Shown one piece after another: positions 29,096-40,748 of a stretch of 64,000 bases of DNA. Numbering within the stretch: the first letter of the stretch is position 1; each line of letters opens with the position of its first letter. The notes below the pieces were generated by a model, which had not been told where the DNA came from, did no database searches, and saw only the letters and a list, made by a program, of their open reading frames with translations. The translations under genes and the position numbers were made by a program. Origin of the DNA: an uncultured Alphaproteobacteria bacterium (lineage in GTDB: Bacteria; Pseudomonadota; Alphaproteobacteria; Rhizobiales; Rhodomicrobiaceae). The stretch spans positions 502,044 to 566,043 of the forward strand of contig CAVWQG010000004.1 in the NCBI GenBank assembly GCA_963757195.1. Reading direction: 5' to 3'.

Positions 29096-30370
29096 TCACT
29101 CGTAACGCAAGGCGTCGACGGGATCGAGGCGAGCCGCAGCCAGCGCCGGATAAAGGGTAGCCGCCATCGAGAGCGCGAGCGCAACAATCACGACGGCCAG
29201 AACTTCCATCGGGTCCGTCTGCGACGGAAGGCTGGACAGAAAATACACCTGAGGATCGAACAGGCGCGTGTTCGTCAGAAAGGAAACGAATTGCCTTATC
29301 TCTTCCATATTGAGACTAATGAGAACGCCGAGAATAAGGCCGGCGAGTGTGCCGATGAAGCCGATGCTCGTCCCGCTGATGAAGAACACGCGCATGACCG
29401 ACCCGCGCGTCGCTCCCATCGTTCTCAGCACGGCAATGTCCCGTCCCTTGTTTTTCACGAGCATCGTAAGGCCTGAAATGATGTTCAGCGTCGCCACCAG
29501 GACGATCAGCATAACGATGACGAACATCACGTTCCGCTCGACCTTCAGCGTGTTGTAGAAGGTCGCGTTTCGCTGACGCCAGTCGTTCAAAATGAGATCG
29601 GGTCCGGCGGCATCCTGAAGGCTTGGCCGCATGGCGTCGACATTGTCCGGATTATCGACCACCACCTCCAAAACCTGCACGGCCTCACCGAAGTTGAAGA
29701 AGGATTGCGCCTCCTTCAGCGGCATGAAGGCAATCGTTCCGTCATATTCGGACATGCCCATTTCGAAAACGGCCGTTACCGGATACCGCTTCACCCGTGG
29801 CGCGGTGCCGAAGGGCGTCGATGCTCCGCGAGGCGCGAGCACGGTCACCTCTCCGCCCACGAAAACATTCAGCGTATTGGCAAGCCGCGTCCCTATGACG
29901 ATTCCGCCAGACTCGTCGAAGTTGGCGAGAGACCCGTAGCGAATATTTCCCGAGATGGCTTTCAGGTGGTCAAGGTCCTGCGCTCTCAATCCGCGCACGA
30001 TCATGCCGGTCGAGTTGGACGGCGAAGAAGCCAACACCTGCCCTTCGACCACCGGCAGAGAGAACTTCACGCCGGGCACGGCGTTAAGCCGGTCGGCGGT
30101 CGCGAGAAAATCGTTGAAGGGGCGCGCGAGGGGCCTGATGATCACATGCCCGTTGAGCCCAAGGATCTTGTCGAAAAGCTCCTTGCGAAACCCGTTCATG
30201 ACCGAGAGCACGATAATCAGCGTGGCGACGCCGAGCGCGATGCCCAGTATGCAGAAGAAGGCGATGACGGACACCCCGCCCTTCTTGCGCCGCGCGCGCA
30301 GGTAGCGGAAAGCGAGCAGCCATTCGAATGGCGCAAAAGCCATCGGTTCCCGTGCGGCTTTGACTGTCAT
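29096..30370 (-). CDS. lolE: lipoprotein-releasing permease LolC/E
   Basis: FEWLLAFRYLRARR, VLSVMNGFRKEL, MLVKNKGRDIAVLRTMGAT, LDPVDALRYE. Confidence 0.95.
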   Translation of the reverse strand: MTVKAAREPMAFAPFEWLLAFRYLRARRKKGGVSVIAFFCILGIALGVATLIIVLSVMNGFRKELFDKILGLNGHVIIRPLARPFNDFLATADRLNAVPGVKFSLPVVEGQVLASSPSNSTGMIVRGLRAQDLDHLKAISGNIRYGSLANFDESGGIVIGTRLANTLNVFVGGEVTVLAPRGASTPFGTAPRVKRYPVTAVFEMGMSEYDGTIAFMPLKEAQSFFNFGEAVQVLEVVVDNPDNVDAMRPSLQDAAGPDLILNDWRQRNATFYNTLKVERNVMFVIVMLIVLVATLNIISGLTMLVKNKGRDIAVLRTMGATRGSVMRVFFISGTSIGFIGTLAGLILGVLISLNMEEIRQFVSFLTNTRLFDPQVYFLSSLPSQTDPMEVLAVVIVALALSMAATLYPALAAARLDPVDALRYE

Positions 30371-30492
30371 GCGCTGATCCGCGTCCTGGCCTAGATCAAC
30401 CCGCCTTTAATCGGAATCGATTGAAGGCGGAAAGTTGATCGATTCTAAAATGCTAGAGCAGCTTATCCGCGTCCAAATGGACGCGGGCTGCG

Positions 30493-30659
30493 CTAGTACG
30501 CCCCGCCGGAAGTCCCGCCCCATTTCCCGCAAGCTCGCACGGGACTTCAGGCGGATAAGGCGTACTAGCAAACTATTGAATTTAGTACAGCTTATCCGAG
30601 GCAAGGTCGCTTGAGAGCGTGCAACGAAGTGAGTGCGAACTTGCCTCGGGCTGTACTAG
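30493..30659. repeat. bipartite CTAG-ended palindromic element, copy 3
   Basis: CTAGTACGCC..gaagtcccg...cgggacttc..ATAAGGCGTACTAG (30493-30568) plus TAGTACAGC..GCGAACTTGCCTCGGGCTGTACTAG (30583-30659); the last CTAG is also the proS stop. Confidence 0.85.
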
Positions 30660-32017
30660 TTGCTGGATTTCGGCGGTGCGCCTGCAGCCCCCGTTGCCTT
30701 TTGCTGCAACTTATTTATGGCCGCATCAAGGGCGAGAGTGCTTCTTTCCCCGGTTGCGCGGTCCTTCACTTCAACTTCACCCTTCGCCAAGCCTTTTGGC
30801 CCGACGATCACCTGCCAGGGCAGGCCGATCAAATCCATGGTCTTGAATTTGGCCCCGGCGCTCTCGCCCGTGTCGTCGTAAAGAACGTCGTCGCTCTCGC
30901 CCCCGAGCGCCTCGTAGAGCTTGGCGCAAGCGGCGTCGCAGGCGCTCTCGCCGGGCTTCAGGTTGATCAGTCCGATCCGGAAGGGCGCGACCGGCTCCGG
31001 CCAGACGATGCCTGCACTGTCGTGGCTCGCTTCGATGATCGCCGCGACGAGGCGCGACACGCCCACGCCATAAGACCCGCCCTGCAGCGTAATGAGCTGC
31101 CCATCCGGGCCCTGAACCTGGCACTTCATCTTCGCGGTGTATTTCGTGCCGAAGTAGAAGATGTGTCCCACCTCGATGCCGCGCGCCGAAAGCCGTCTCT
31201 CTTTCGGCACCTCTTGCTCGAAGCGCACTGCGTCGTGCATCTCGCTCGTCGCCGCATATTTCGAGGTCCAGCGCTCAACGACGGCGCGGAGGTCCTGCTC
31301 GTAATTCGTCGTGTCGTCCGGGACGGGCATCTCGATCATATCGCGGTCGCAGAAGACTTCCGACTCGCCCGTATCGGCCAGGATGATGAATTCGTGGCTG
31401 AGGTCGCCGCCGATCGGCCCGGTGTCGGCCTTCATGGGCACGGCCTTCAGACCCATGCGCGCGAACGTGCGCAAATAGGCGACGAACATGCGGTAATAGG
31501 ATTGCCGCGCGCTATCGGCGTCGAGATCGAAGGAATAGGCGTCCTTCATCAGGAACTCGCGCCCGCGCATGACGCCGAACCGCGGCCGCACCTCGTCGCG
31601 GAACTTCCATTGGATGTGGTACAGGTTCTTCGGCAGGTCGCGATAGGACTTCACCGCATCCCGGAAGATCTGCGTGATCTGCTCCTCGTTCGTCGGCCCG
31701 AACAGCATGTCGCGCTCATGCCGGTCCTTGATGCGCAGCATCTCCGCGCCGTAATCGCCGTAGCGCCCGCTCTCCTGCCAGAGCTCCGCGGACTGAATCG
31801 TGGGCATCAAGAGCTCGATGGCGCCAGCCCGGTTCTGCTCCTCGCGAACGATCTGCTCGATCTTTTTCAGCACGCGAAAGCCAAGCGGCAGCCAGGAATA
31901 AATCCCGGCGCTGGCCTGGCGGATCATGCCAGCCCGCAGCATGAGCCGATGGGAGACGATTTCAGCCTCTTTGGGATCGTCGCGCAAAACCGGGAGGAAA
32001 TAACGGCTGAGTTTCAT
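30656..32017 (-). CDS. proS: proline--tRNA ligase (short alphaproteobacterial type)
   Basis: [49 protein letters not shown]. Confidence 0.98.
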   Translation of the reverse strand: MKLSRYFLPVLRDDPKEAEIVSHRLMLRAGMIRQASAGIYSWLPLGFRVLKKIEQIVREEQNRAGAIELLMPTIQSAELWQESGRYGDYGAEMLRIKDRHERDMLFGPTNEEQITQIFRDAVKSYRDLPKNLYHIQWKFRDEVRPRFGVMRGREFLMKDAYSFDLDADSARQSYYRMFVAYLRTFARMGLKAVPMKADTGPIGGDLSHEFIILADTGESEVFCDRDMIEMPVPDDTTNYEQDLRAVVERWTSKYAATSEMHDAVRFEQEVPKERRLSARGIEVGHIFYFGTKYTAKMKCQVQGPDGQLITLQGGSYGVGVSRLVAAIIEASHDSAGIVWPEPVAPFRIGLINLKPGESACDAACAKLYEALGGESDDVLYDDTGESAGAKFKTMDLIGLPWQVIVGPKGLAKGEVEVKDRATGERSTLALDAAINKLQQKATGAAGAPPKSSN

Positions 32018-32222
32018 GAGTTTGCTCCGCGGGTCGCCTGCCGTGGCGGCCTAAGCCGAGGGACATAGACCTTTCCAAAAGCGAGTGCAATGCAGGGGGC
32101 GGTTTTATCAAAAGATGGAAACGCGTTGCCGCTCTTGCGCCTGAAAAAAAGATCATATCTACAAACCTGAATATAAAAAGCCCCGACCACACACGGGCTG
32201 TTTCATACCGCTTACTTCGCGT

Positions 32223-32732
32223 TTACCTAAGAATAAATCGGAAAATTAGAAACATTAAAAATAAGAAAACAATTAAGCATCCAACCCATGGGCTACCTTT
32301 TCCTTTAGCAACGATACTAGATATATCGAGTGTTATATTTTTTATGAAATACGCCTCATTTCCTAGAAAATATATATTTATCTCATCTTGTGCACGCATT
32401 TCAAAGTCATTATCATATGCACAGTCGTATTCTATTAACTCTTCAATACCATCGTAAATCACACGAATTGAAACATGTCGGCTGTTCGCTTGCTTATCAC
32501 CACGTGACCTTTTAGCTCTAACTCTTCCATTGAATGCTTTGAAGGGTCTGTTGCATTCAGAACAGGTAAATATATTCCATCCCCGCCGGATGATTGATAT
32601 AAATTGCTTTTGGCAGATAGGGCAAATATGCGCCGTTCTCCGATCGTGAATTGCGTTACTGGAATACACGGTTCGCACTCCCGTCACCGTTGCGGCAGGC
32701 CAAAAAAGCGTGGGAAGCGTCACGCTATGCAA
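32223..32732 (-). CDS. zinc-ribbon protein with C-terminal membrane anchor
   Basis: CPIC...CSEC; C-terminal WVGCLIVFLFLMFLIFRFILR; very AT-rich; start uncertain. Confidence 0.6.
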   Translation of the reverse strand: MHSVTLPTLFWPAATVTGVRTVYSSNAIHDRRTAHICPICQKQFISIIRRGWNIFTCSECNRPFKAFNGRVRAKRSRGDKQANSRHVSIRVIYDGIEELIEYDCAYDNDFEMRAQDEINIYFLGNEAYFIKNITLDISSIVAKGKGSPWVGCLIVFLFLMFLIFRFILR

Positions 32733-32798
32733 CCATGCATGTAAAGAGAAAGCTCTGGATTATACACATACTTTACCCAGCCGAAGCGGGCTCTGTGA

Positions 32799-33023
32799 TT
32801 AGCGTACCGTATCGAAAAGACCACTGCTAGCGTTGTTGCTAACTACTGCTACCGGCCGCCGACCAATCGTCTGCACCGGCCCTGGCTCACGCTCGTGCGT
32901 GTGCTGGTCAGGGTCAACGACCGCCTGGCATAACTCTTCCGGCCCACACTCGACACTCGGCTGGACGCTGCTTACGGCCAATCCACCAACCGCAACAAAG
33001 ACTCCAACATTTATCAATCTCAT
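32799..33023 (-). CDS. small putatively exported peptide
   Basis: MRLINVGVFVAVGGLAVSS hydrophobic leader, ECGPEELC, HTHE. Confidence 0.35.
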   Translation of the reverse strand: MRLINVGVFVAVGGLAVSSVQPSVECGPEELCQAVVDPDQHTHEREPGPVQTIGRRPVAVVSNNASSGLFDTVR

Positions 33024-33428
33024 CCTTGACGCCTTTCGCACTCACTGCCAACGAGCGCAAAAATCTACCGATTCGCCCATCAAGCGCAAGCTGGTCGCGC
33101 GTCATTCCACCACAGCGGGGTGCTCTCTTCGAAGCCTTGTCCCGCAGGTCCCGCAATTTTGCTATGTGAATCTCTTTGCGCCCGTCCAGGATGGTGATCC
33201 TTACCTTGCTGGGGTTCCGTTTTTCGCATCAATAGGGGGCCTTTCAACTTGTAAAAGGCTCCAGTGCTCTTGTTCACGAAGTTGCCGCGCCCTTCGTGGC
33301 TGTCGAAAAGCAATGCACTCATTCCGCCGCAGTTCCGGAAATCACATGCTGTCGGGTACGACATTCCAAGCTCGATATAATCGTTTTCTAAAAGGGCTCG
33401 CTTCAGCAAAGTGAGGATTTGCGTAATC

Positions 33429-33887
33429 ATGACGTTCAATGCATCCGATGCTCACTCGATTGAGACCCTTGCCGCCGTGGCCACGGCGGCGCGTGAGGCT
33501 ATGGAGGCGTGCGGCCCCGAATCAGGAGACCCTTGGCTCAAGAGCTTTCCCCACAATGCCTGCGGGCACACTTGCCATCTGCTTGGGCGTTATTTCGTTG
33601 AAGTCCTCGGCGTTAACGCACGCTACGTGGGCGCCGAACAGGGTGAACGGACGCACGCATGGCTTGCCGTTGGCGACATTATCGTTGACATAACTGCGGA
33701 CCAGTTCGGGCAGCCGCCGGTGATCGTTTCGCGCGAGTCTGCTTGGCACGCCCAATGGAACGCCGAAGAAGGAGAGCCTCCAATTTGCTCGCAGGAGCAA
33801 TGGCCGATGTATCCGCTTGCCACGTGGCAAGCGTTTGTCCAGGGCATGAACGCACGGGTCCTACCCAGCTTCGCTTTTTGTTCGTAG
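33429..33887 (+). CDS. transglutaminase/papain-like fold protein
   Basis: FPHNACG (Cys), THAWL (His), VDITADQF (Asp). Confidence 0.7.
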   Translation: MTFNASDAHSIETLAAVATAAREAMEACGPESGDPWLKSFPHNACGHTCHLLGRYFVEVLGVNARYVGAEQGERTHAWLAVGDIIVDITADQFGQPPVIVSRESAWHAQWNAEEGEPPICSQEQWPMYPLATWQAFVQGMNARVLPSFAFCS

Positions 33888-34343
33888 TCGTTCTGCTGCG
33901 TCGAGATCTTCCGGCGAAAGTCCCATCACGATCATATCCGCGACGCGGTGCGCAACTGCGCGTTTTAAGCAATCGCCGAAGTTTAGGTCGCCCAACGACG
34001 TGAGTATGTCGACGCGTTCTTTGATGCCAATTTCTTTTGGCTGCCCGGAGCGATTGATAAACCAAACGCCGTCATTTTCAGGGAACGCTAATTGCATCCC
34101 ACTCCGCAACCCAAGCGGTAACACCAAGTTTCGATTACTGTGTTGTGGATGTTCACGCCCCCAAGCAATGATTGATCGCTCAAGAGTTGGAACATCTTCT
34201 GGAACAAGGCGGACCCAAACATCGAGATCGCTAGTTCGATGGCTGGCATCCAATAACCAGCGCGCCTGACCGCCAATCACCAAAAAAGTCACTTTGCGAC
34301 GAAGCAAATGCGAGAGGAACTGGATGTGATAGTCGTTCAGCAT
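33861..34343 (-). CDS. Pol-beta superfamily nucleotidyltransferase (DUF6036/NTP_transf-like)
   Basis: FLVIGGQA, RTSDLDVWV (DxD), VDILTS..F..C..RA, SPEDL. Confidence 0.75.
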   Translation of the reverse strand: MLNDYHIQFLSHLLRRKVTFLVIGGQARWLLDASHRTSDLDVWVRLVPEDVPTLERSIIAWGREHPQHSNRNLVLPLGLRSGMQLAFPENDGVWFINRSGQPKEIGIKERVDILTSLGDLNFGDCLKRAVAHRVADMIVMGLSPEDLDAAERLRTKSEAG

Positions 34344-34449
34344 GAGTTGCCTTTATGCAGGAGCCGATTTCCCTGCCGATGCTAAAATCGCTTTGGTTGC
34401 CATTCTGAATAATGGCGCCTTATTGTGCGTCGCTAGGCGGCGGATTATG

Positions 34450-34875
34450 TGTTAACGGGGGTTTGGTTAACGGAAGTGGGCCCCGAATTATTTCTGGTCC
34501 ATTTTCGACCTCGAAATGTGCAAGAATTGTGGCAGCCTCTTTCGGCCTCGAGAGTGGCGATGCGTCTATCACTTTGAAATTGTTGGTCCTTTTTCCATTT
34601 ATTGGACCAATTCAAACAAGGTTAATTAACTGTATTTTTCCCAGAAATGGGCGCGCAAAAGTCCGTTAAATATATTCCGGACGCGCCGGTTAACCATGCT
34701 GCAGTCCGTTCGCGCCTTGGGCGGCGCACGCTATGAAAAATTTTCTCCATGTATATCAATGACTTGCCTAAGTTAACCTCCCAGTAAAGCGCATTTGTCT
34801 AAAATGGCGGCGCAGGCCAAGTAAGGAGTTTTGACGACAATGCCGCCTTCCTTGACGTTCAAACAGGAAATTGGT
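34450..34875 (+). promoter_or_regulatory. AT-rich TTAA(C)-box regulatory region upstream of ccrM, paralogous to 58865-59320
   Basis: GGTTAACGGAAG 34465; GCAAAAGTCCGTTAAATATATT 34655; TTAACCAT 34690; TTAA-N7-GTAA within GTTAAC-N7-TAAAGCGCATTT-N3-TAAAAT 34772-34805. Confidence 0.6.
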
Positions 34876-35079
34876 CCAAACTCGATTTCGCCGATGGAGA
34901 GCCGATCGGGGAGGACGCCCGGTTGCACGCGCGCGCCTTGTCCGGGGGAAGCCCTCAGCGCCCGCAGAAATGACTGTTCGATGCATTTTCAAGGCGGTTG
35001 TAAACTCCGCATTTACGTTAACCCTTTATGCTCAAGCTTCTGATAAAGAGGTCGCAGTACACGTTGTAAGTCATGGTAA

Positions 35080-36204
<1,125 letters not shown>

Positions 36205-36296
36205 AGGAGGCGCTCACCGAGTTGACCACGAACAACGACAACCTCGACGACTGCGGTTGGACAGCCTGGCGGCGCTTGCTTTGGCAGCGGCGGGCT

Positions 36297-36551
36297 TTAT
36301 TCGGCGGCGTGGAAGGCGGCGCCTTCGGTCTCGCCAGCGTTCTTGACAGTCACGCCGGTGAACGCGCCGCAGCAGCCGCACGAAATGTAGCGCTGAACGC
36401 CCCTGTCATGGCCAAAGCCATATTCAACATCCCTCACGCTGAGAGAGGTGCTGCCGCAGCAGGGGCAGGCCACGGTTGACGCGGAGTGGCTGGCGAGGTG
36501 ATTTGCAGTCTCAACCCAATCTTGAAATGCTGGCTCTGTTTGTTCCGCCAT
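36297..36551 (-). CDS. small zinc-ribbon-like protein
   Basis: RBS TAAGGAG; CPCCG...CGCCG. Confidence 0.65.
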   Translation of the reverse strand: MAEQTEPAFQDWVETANHLASHSASTVACPCCGSTSLSVRDVEYGFGHDRGVQRYISCGCCGAFTGVTVKNAGETEGAAFHAAE

Positions 36552-36830
36552 GCGCCAGGACTCCCTTATTTATAGAGTTTCTGAGACGTAACCCGAGGCT
36601 TCCAAAATGCCTTGTATTTGCACGCGACGCGCGGCGCGTGCGTTGTACTCAGCTGCGCCTTCTTTGATGTGCAATCAGTGTCTCAAGAGGTCTTCGAACA
36701 ATCAAGGGTTTCTTTGCCGTTTTTATTGGTTTCTGTAAGTTACTGCGGAAGCAGGAATTTTCCCGGCAACAGCCTTTTGTCGCAGGAAACAGTACACGTC
36801 AGATTGCGCACTTTTTAGCCAAGATTGCAT

Positions 36831-36860
36831 AAGAAAGCCCCAGCGTGCCGGGGCTTCCTT
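36831..36860 (-). terminator. probable acnA terminator
   Basis: AAGCCCC-N8-GGGGCTT stem 20 nt past the acnA stop. Confidence 0.55.
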
Positions 36861-36879
36861 AAACCGGTTCTCGAATCGA

Positions 36880-39631
36880 TCAGGCCCCGGCAAGGTTCCG
36901 CAACACGTAATGCAGGATGCCGCCGCTCTTGAAGTAGTTGAGTTCATCGAGCGTATCGATCCGGCAGAGCAGCGGCACATCCTTCCTCCCTCCATCGGGG
37001 AGGGCTATGCTTGCCGTCATCTTCGTCAGCGGCTTGAGTTCTTTTATGCCATGAATTGTCACCGTCTCGCTGCCCTTGAGGCGGAGGTCTTTCCAGGATA
37101 TGCCCTCCTCGAACACGAGGGGGAGAACGCCCATGCCGACCAGGTTCGAGCGATGAATGCGCTCGAAGCTTTCAGCGATCACGGCGCGCACGCCAAGCAG
37201 ACGCGTGCCCTTGGCGGCCCAGTCGCGGCTTGAGCCTGTGCCGTATTCGCGCCCGGCGAAGATGACCAGCGGCACGCCTTCGGCCTTGTATCGCATGGCC
37301 GCATCGTAGATCGGCATCTGCTCGCCATCCGGGTAATGGACCGTGACGCCGCCTTCGACGCCTGGCGCCATCTGGTTCTTGATGCGGATGTTCGCGAAGG
37401 TCCCGCGCATCATCACTTCATGATTGCCGCGCCGGGCGCCGTAGGAGTTGAAGTCGGCAGCCGTGACATCATGGGCCAGAAGATACTTTCCGGCCGGCCC
37501 CGATTTGGCGATGGAGCCTGCCGGGCTGATGTGGTCCGTCGTGATCGAAGTCGAGGAAAAGGCCGAGAACGCGCGCATCCTCGATGTCGGAAAGCGGCGC
37601 AGGCGCGTCGCCGGTCAGATCCTCGAAATAGGGCGGGTTCTGGACGTAGGTCGAGCCGCCGTCCCACTCATAGGTCTGGCCCGTCTTCGAGCCGCCGACA
37701 GCCTGCCAGCGCGCATCGCCCTTGAAGACATCGGCGTATCGCGTCCTGAACAAATCGGGCGTGACATAGGTGCGGATGAAGTCAGCAACTTCAGCGGACG
37801 ACGGCCAGAGGTCCTTGAGGAAAATGAGCGCGCCGTCCTTGCCGGTTCCGATCGCCTCCGTGGCGAGGTTGAGCTTCATTGTGCCTGCGAGCGCGTAGGC
37901 GACGACGAGCGGCGGCGAGGCGAGATAATTGGCGCGTACATCGGGGTTGACGCGGCCCTCAAAATTCCGGTTGCCCGAAAGCACGGCGGCGACCACCAGA
38001 TCGTTGTCGTTGACGGCCTTCGAGATCGGTTCAGGCAGAGGGCCGGAATTGCCGATGCAGGTTGTGCAACCATAGCCAACGAGTTCAAAGCCGAGCGCAT
38101 CCAGATCCGATTGCAGACCGGACTTCGTCAGATAATCGGTGACAACCTGGCTACCGGGCGCCAGCGATGTCTTGACCCAGGGCTTCGGCTTCAGCCCCTT
38201 CTCGCGCGCCTTGCGGGCAAGCAGACCCGCCGCAATCAGGACGCTCGGATTAGATGTGTTCGTGCAGGACGTGATCGCGGCGATGACAACGTGGCCGTCC
38301 GAAATCGCGTAGTTCTCACCTTCGACGGGACCGGACCGTTCAAGAGGCTCGACGCTGCCGCCGCCTTCGCTCACCATCTCCGCCGCTTGGCTTGCAGGCT
38401 TAACATTGCGCATCTCCGCCAAGGCGTCGAGAAATCCTTCCGAAGCGCGCGTAAGCGGAACGCGATCCTGCGGGCGGCGCGGCCCCGCGAGGCTTGGCTC
38501 AACCGTTGCAAGATCAAGCTCAAGCGTGCTTGTGAAAACGGGGTCCTGCGTGCCCGCGTCGCGCCAAAGCCCCTGCGCTCGCGCATAGCCCTCAGCCAGC
38601 GCCACACGATGCGGATCGCGTCCGGTCGCGCGGAGGTAGTTGATCGTGTCCTTGTCGACGGGGAAGAATCCACAGGTCGCGCCATATTCGGGCGCCATGT
38701 TCGCCATCGTCGCGCGATCCTCCACCGAAAGCGAATCGAGCCCGTGGCCGAAATACTCGACGAACTTGCCGACAACGCCTTTCTTGCGCAGCATCTGTGT
38801 GACCGTCAGCACCAGGTCGGTTGCGGTGACGCCTTCCTTGAGCGCGCCTGTAAAGCGGAAGCCGACCACCTCGGGAATCACCATCGAAATCGGCTGGCCG
38901 AGCATCGCCGCCTCCGCCTCGATGCCGCCGACGCCCCAGCCGAGCACCGAGAGCGCGTTGACCATGGTCGTATGGCTGTCCGTGCCGACCAGCGTATCGG
39001 GGAACGCCTGGGTGGCGCCGCCCTCGTCTTTCGTCCAGACCGTCTGGGCGAGATATTCCAGATTGACCTGATGGCAGATGCCAGTCCCCGGCGGCACGAC
39101 GCGGAAATTCGCGAAAGCATTCGATCCCCAGCGCAGGAACTCGTACCGCTCCTTGTTACGCTGATATTCGAGATCCACGTTGATTTCGAAGCTGCGCGGG
39201 TTGCCGAAGCTGTCCACCATCACGGAATGGTCGATCACAAGATCGACCGGGACGAGCGGATTGATTTTGGCGGTATCGCCGTGAAGGTTCGCCATCGCGT
39301 CACGCATCGCGGCGAGGTCGACGACGGCAGGCACGCCCGTGAAGTCCTGCATCAGCACGCGGGCCGGACGGAAAGCAATTTCACGCGTAGAGCCTTTTTG
39401 CAAAAGCCATTGAGCCATTGCGCGAATATCGTCCGCCGAAACCGTGCGCCCGTCCTCGAACCGCAGGAGGTTTTCCAGCAAAACTTTCAAGGAATAAGGC
39501 AATGCGGCGATGCCCGGCAGCCCGTTGGCTTCGGCATCCGGCAGCGAGAAGACCTCGTAGTCTTTGCCTTCGACTTTCAATGTTTTGCGGGAGTGGAAGC
39601 TGTCGAGAGAGCGCGGAGTCAGGGTTGCCAA
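36880..39631 (-). CDS. acnA: aconitate hydratase A, split by one +1 base (probable sequencing artefact)
   Basis: [39 protein letters not shown]; frames join at FLD|[11 protein letters not shown] if one A of GAAGTC (37547-37552) is removed. Confidence 0.95.
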
Positions 39632-39891
39632 AGCGAATTCTCCTTACTAGCGTGGCGTCTCGCAATTGCCTGCCACCTTCGCGGCAAGCTCTCATAGGCA
39701 ATTGCAAGACATAAGCCACACCAGCATCTAGTTTTTGCTAGTGTCCCTTTGTCTCCGAATTGCCGTGCGAGCATGCTGCAAAGTGAGCGCAACTCGGAGA
39801 CGGGACACTAGCGTGCGAAAATGCATCTTGTGAGCCTGCGGCAGACTAACATAAAGATGGGCAAGCCTGCCCTCTGACACGAGAATTTCAT

Positions 39892-40578
39892 TTGAAAACC
39901 ATCGAGCCGTTGGCCCGCTCCCGCACATCTATTTCTCGCGCGAAAGCCGTGACGGCGATCGCGGTGGAGGGGCTTGCCTGCCAGCGGGGCGGGCATATTG
40001 TGGTGCCGCCACTATCGTTCGAAGTGCGCGCAGGCAACGCGCTCATCCTTCGCGGCCCGAACGGCTCAGGGAAGACAACGCTTCTGCGAACGATTGCGGG
40101 GTTTTTGCCGGCTGCCGCCGGGCGCGTCCGCGTCAACGGCCCCAAAGGCGACACGACCACAGAAGGCCATCTCCATTACATCGGCCACGTAAACGGCATC
40201 AAGCCGCGGCTGTCCGTCATCGAAAATGTGAGCTTCTGGCAACGCTATTATGGCGGCGGCGGCGACCTGGAAGCAGCGGAGGCAGCGCTCGACGCCTTCG
40301 ATCTCCTCGATCTGGCGGACTATCGCGCAGCGCACCTTTCGCAGGGGCAGACGCGTCGGCTCGGTCTTGCCCGCCTTCTAGCCGCTCGCCGCGCCATCTG
40401 GCTTCTCGACGAGCCTTCGGTCTCCCTTGATACGGCATCCACGAGACGGCTCGAGACGGCTATCGCGGATCACCTTGCTTCGGGGGGCATAGCGATTGTC
40501 TCGACACATCTTGATCTGTCGGTGGGCGACGCGGCCATCCTCGAATTGTCGCGAGCGGCAAATATCCACCATTGGTGA
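39892..40578 (+). CDS. ccmA: heme ABC exporter ATPase
   Basis: GPNGSGKTT, LSQGQTRR, WLLDEP, STH; start uncertain. Confidence 0.93.
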   Translation: MKTIEPLARSRTSISRAKAVTAIAVEGLACQRGGHIVVPPLSFEVRAGNALILRGPNGSGKTTLLRTIAGFLPAAAGRVRVNGPKGDTTTEGHLHYIGHVNGIKPRLSVIENVSFWQRYYGGGGDLEAAEAALDAFDLLDLADYRAAHLSQGQTRRLGLARLLAARRAIWLLDEPSVSLDTASTRRLETAIADHLASGGIAIVSTHLDLSVGDAAILELSRAANIHHW

Positions 40579-40607
40579 AAAATGACCCATGCGTTGCTCA
40601 GCATCAA

Positions 40608-40705
40608 CCCTCACCCTGTCCCCCCTCCCTATGGGAGAGGAGACGCCGCTGCAACGGGCGCACCCGAACTCCCTCTCCCAGAGGGAGAGGGCTGGGGTGA
40701 GGGGG
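40608..40705 (+). repeat. BoxC-like double-hairpin element between ccmA and ccmB
   Basis: ccctcaccctgtccccctccc-tat-gggagagg ... tccctctccc-aga-gggagagggctggggtgaggg. Confidence 0.85.
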
Positions 40706-40748
40706 TTCGACGTTTCGTGGATCTGCGATTTCGGATACTAGTCCTGCA

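Larger units (their letters stand above)
32100..34400. other. AT-rich accessory islet between proS and ccrM
   Basis: Visibly AT-richer than flanks (not computed); atypical codons; only unassigned or conflict-type ORFs. Confidence 0.7.

Noticed and set aside
33080-33439. 119-aa ORF in the islet as a gene
   Set aside because: It overlaps the start of the transglutaminase-like gene and has no motif or clear RBS
34831-35043. Conserved leader peptide encoded by the paralogous modules
   Set aside because: The ORFs after the two copies (34831-35043 and 58696-58908) share no amino-acid similarity
36880-39631. acnA, mlaD, kinase, glycosidase and PAS genes as pseudogenes
   Set aside because: Each break is a single +1 base in a GANTC site with otherwise intact motifs, consistent with basecalling error
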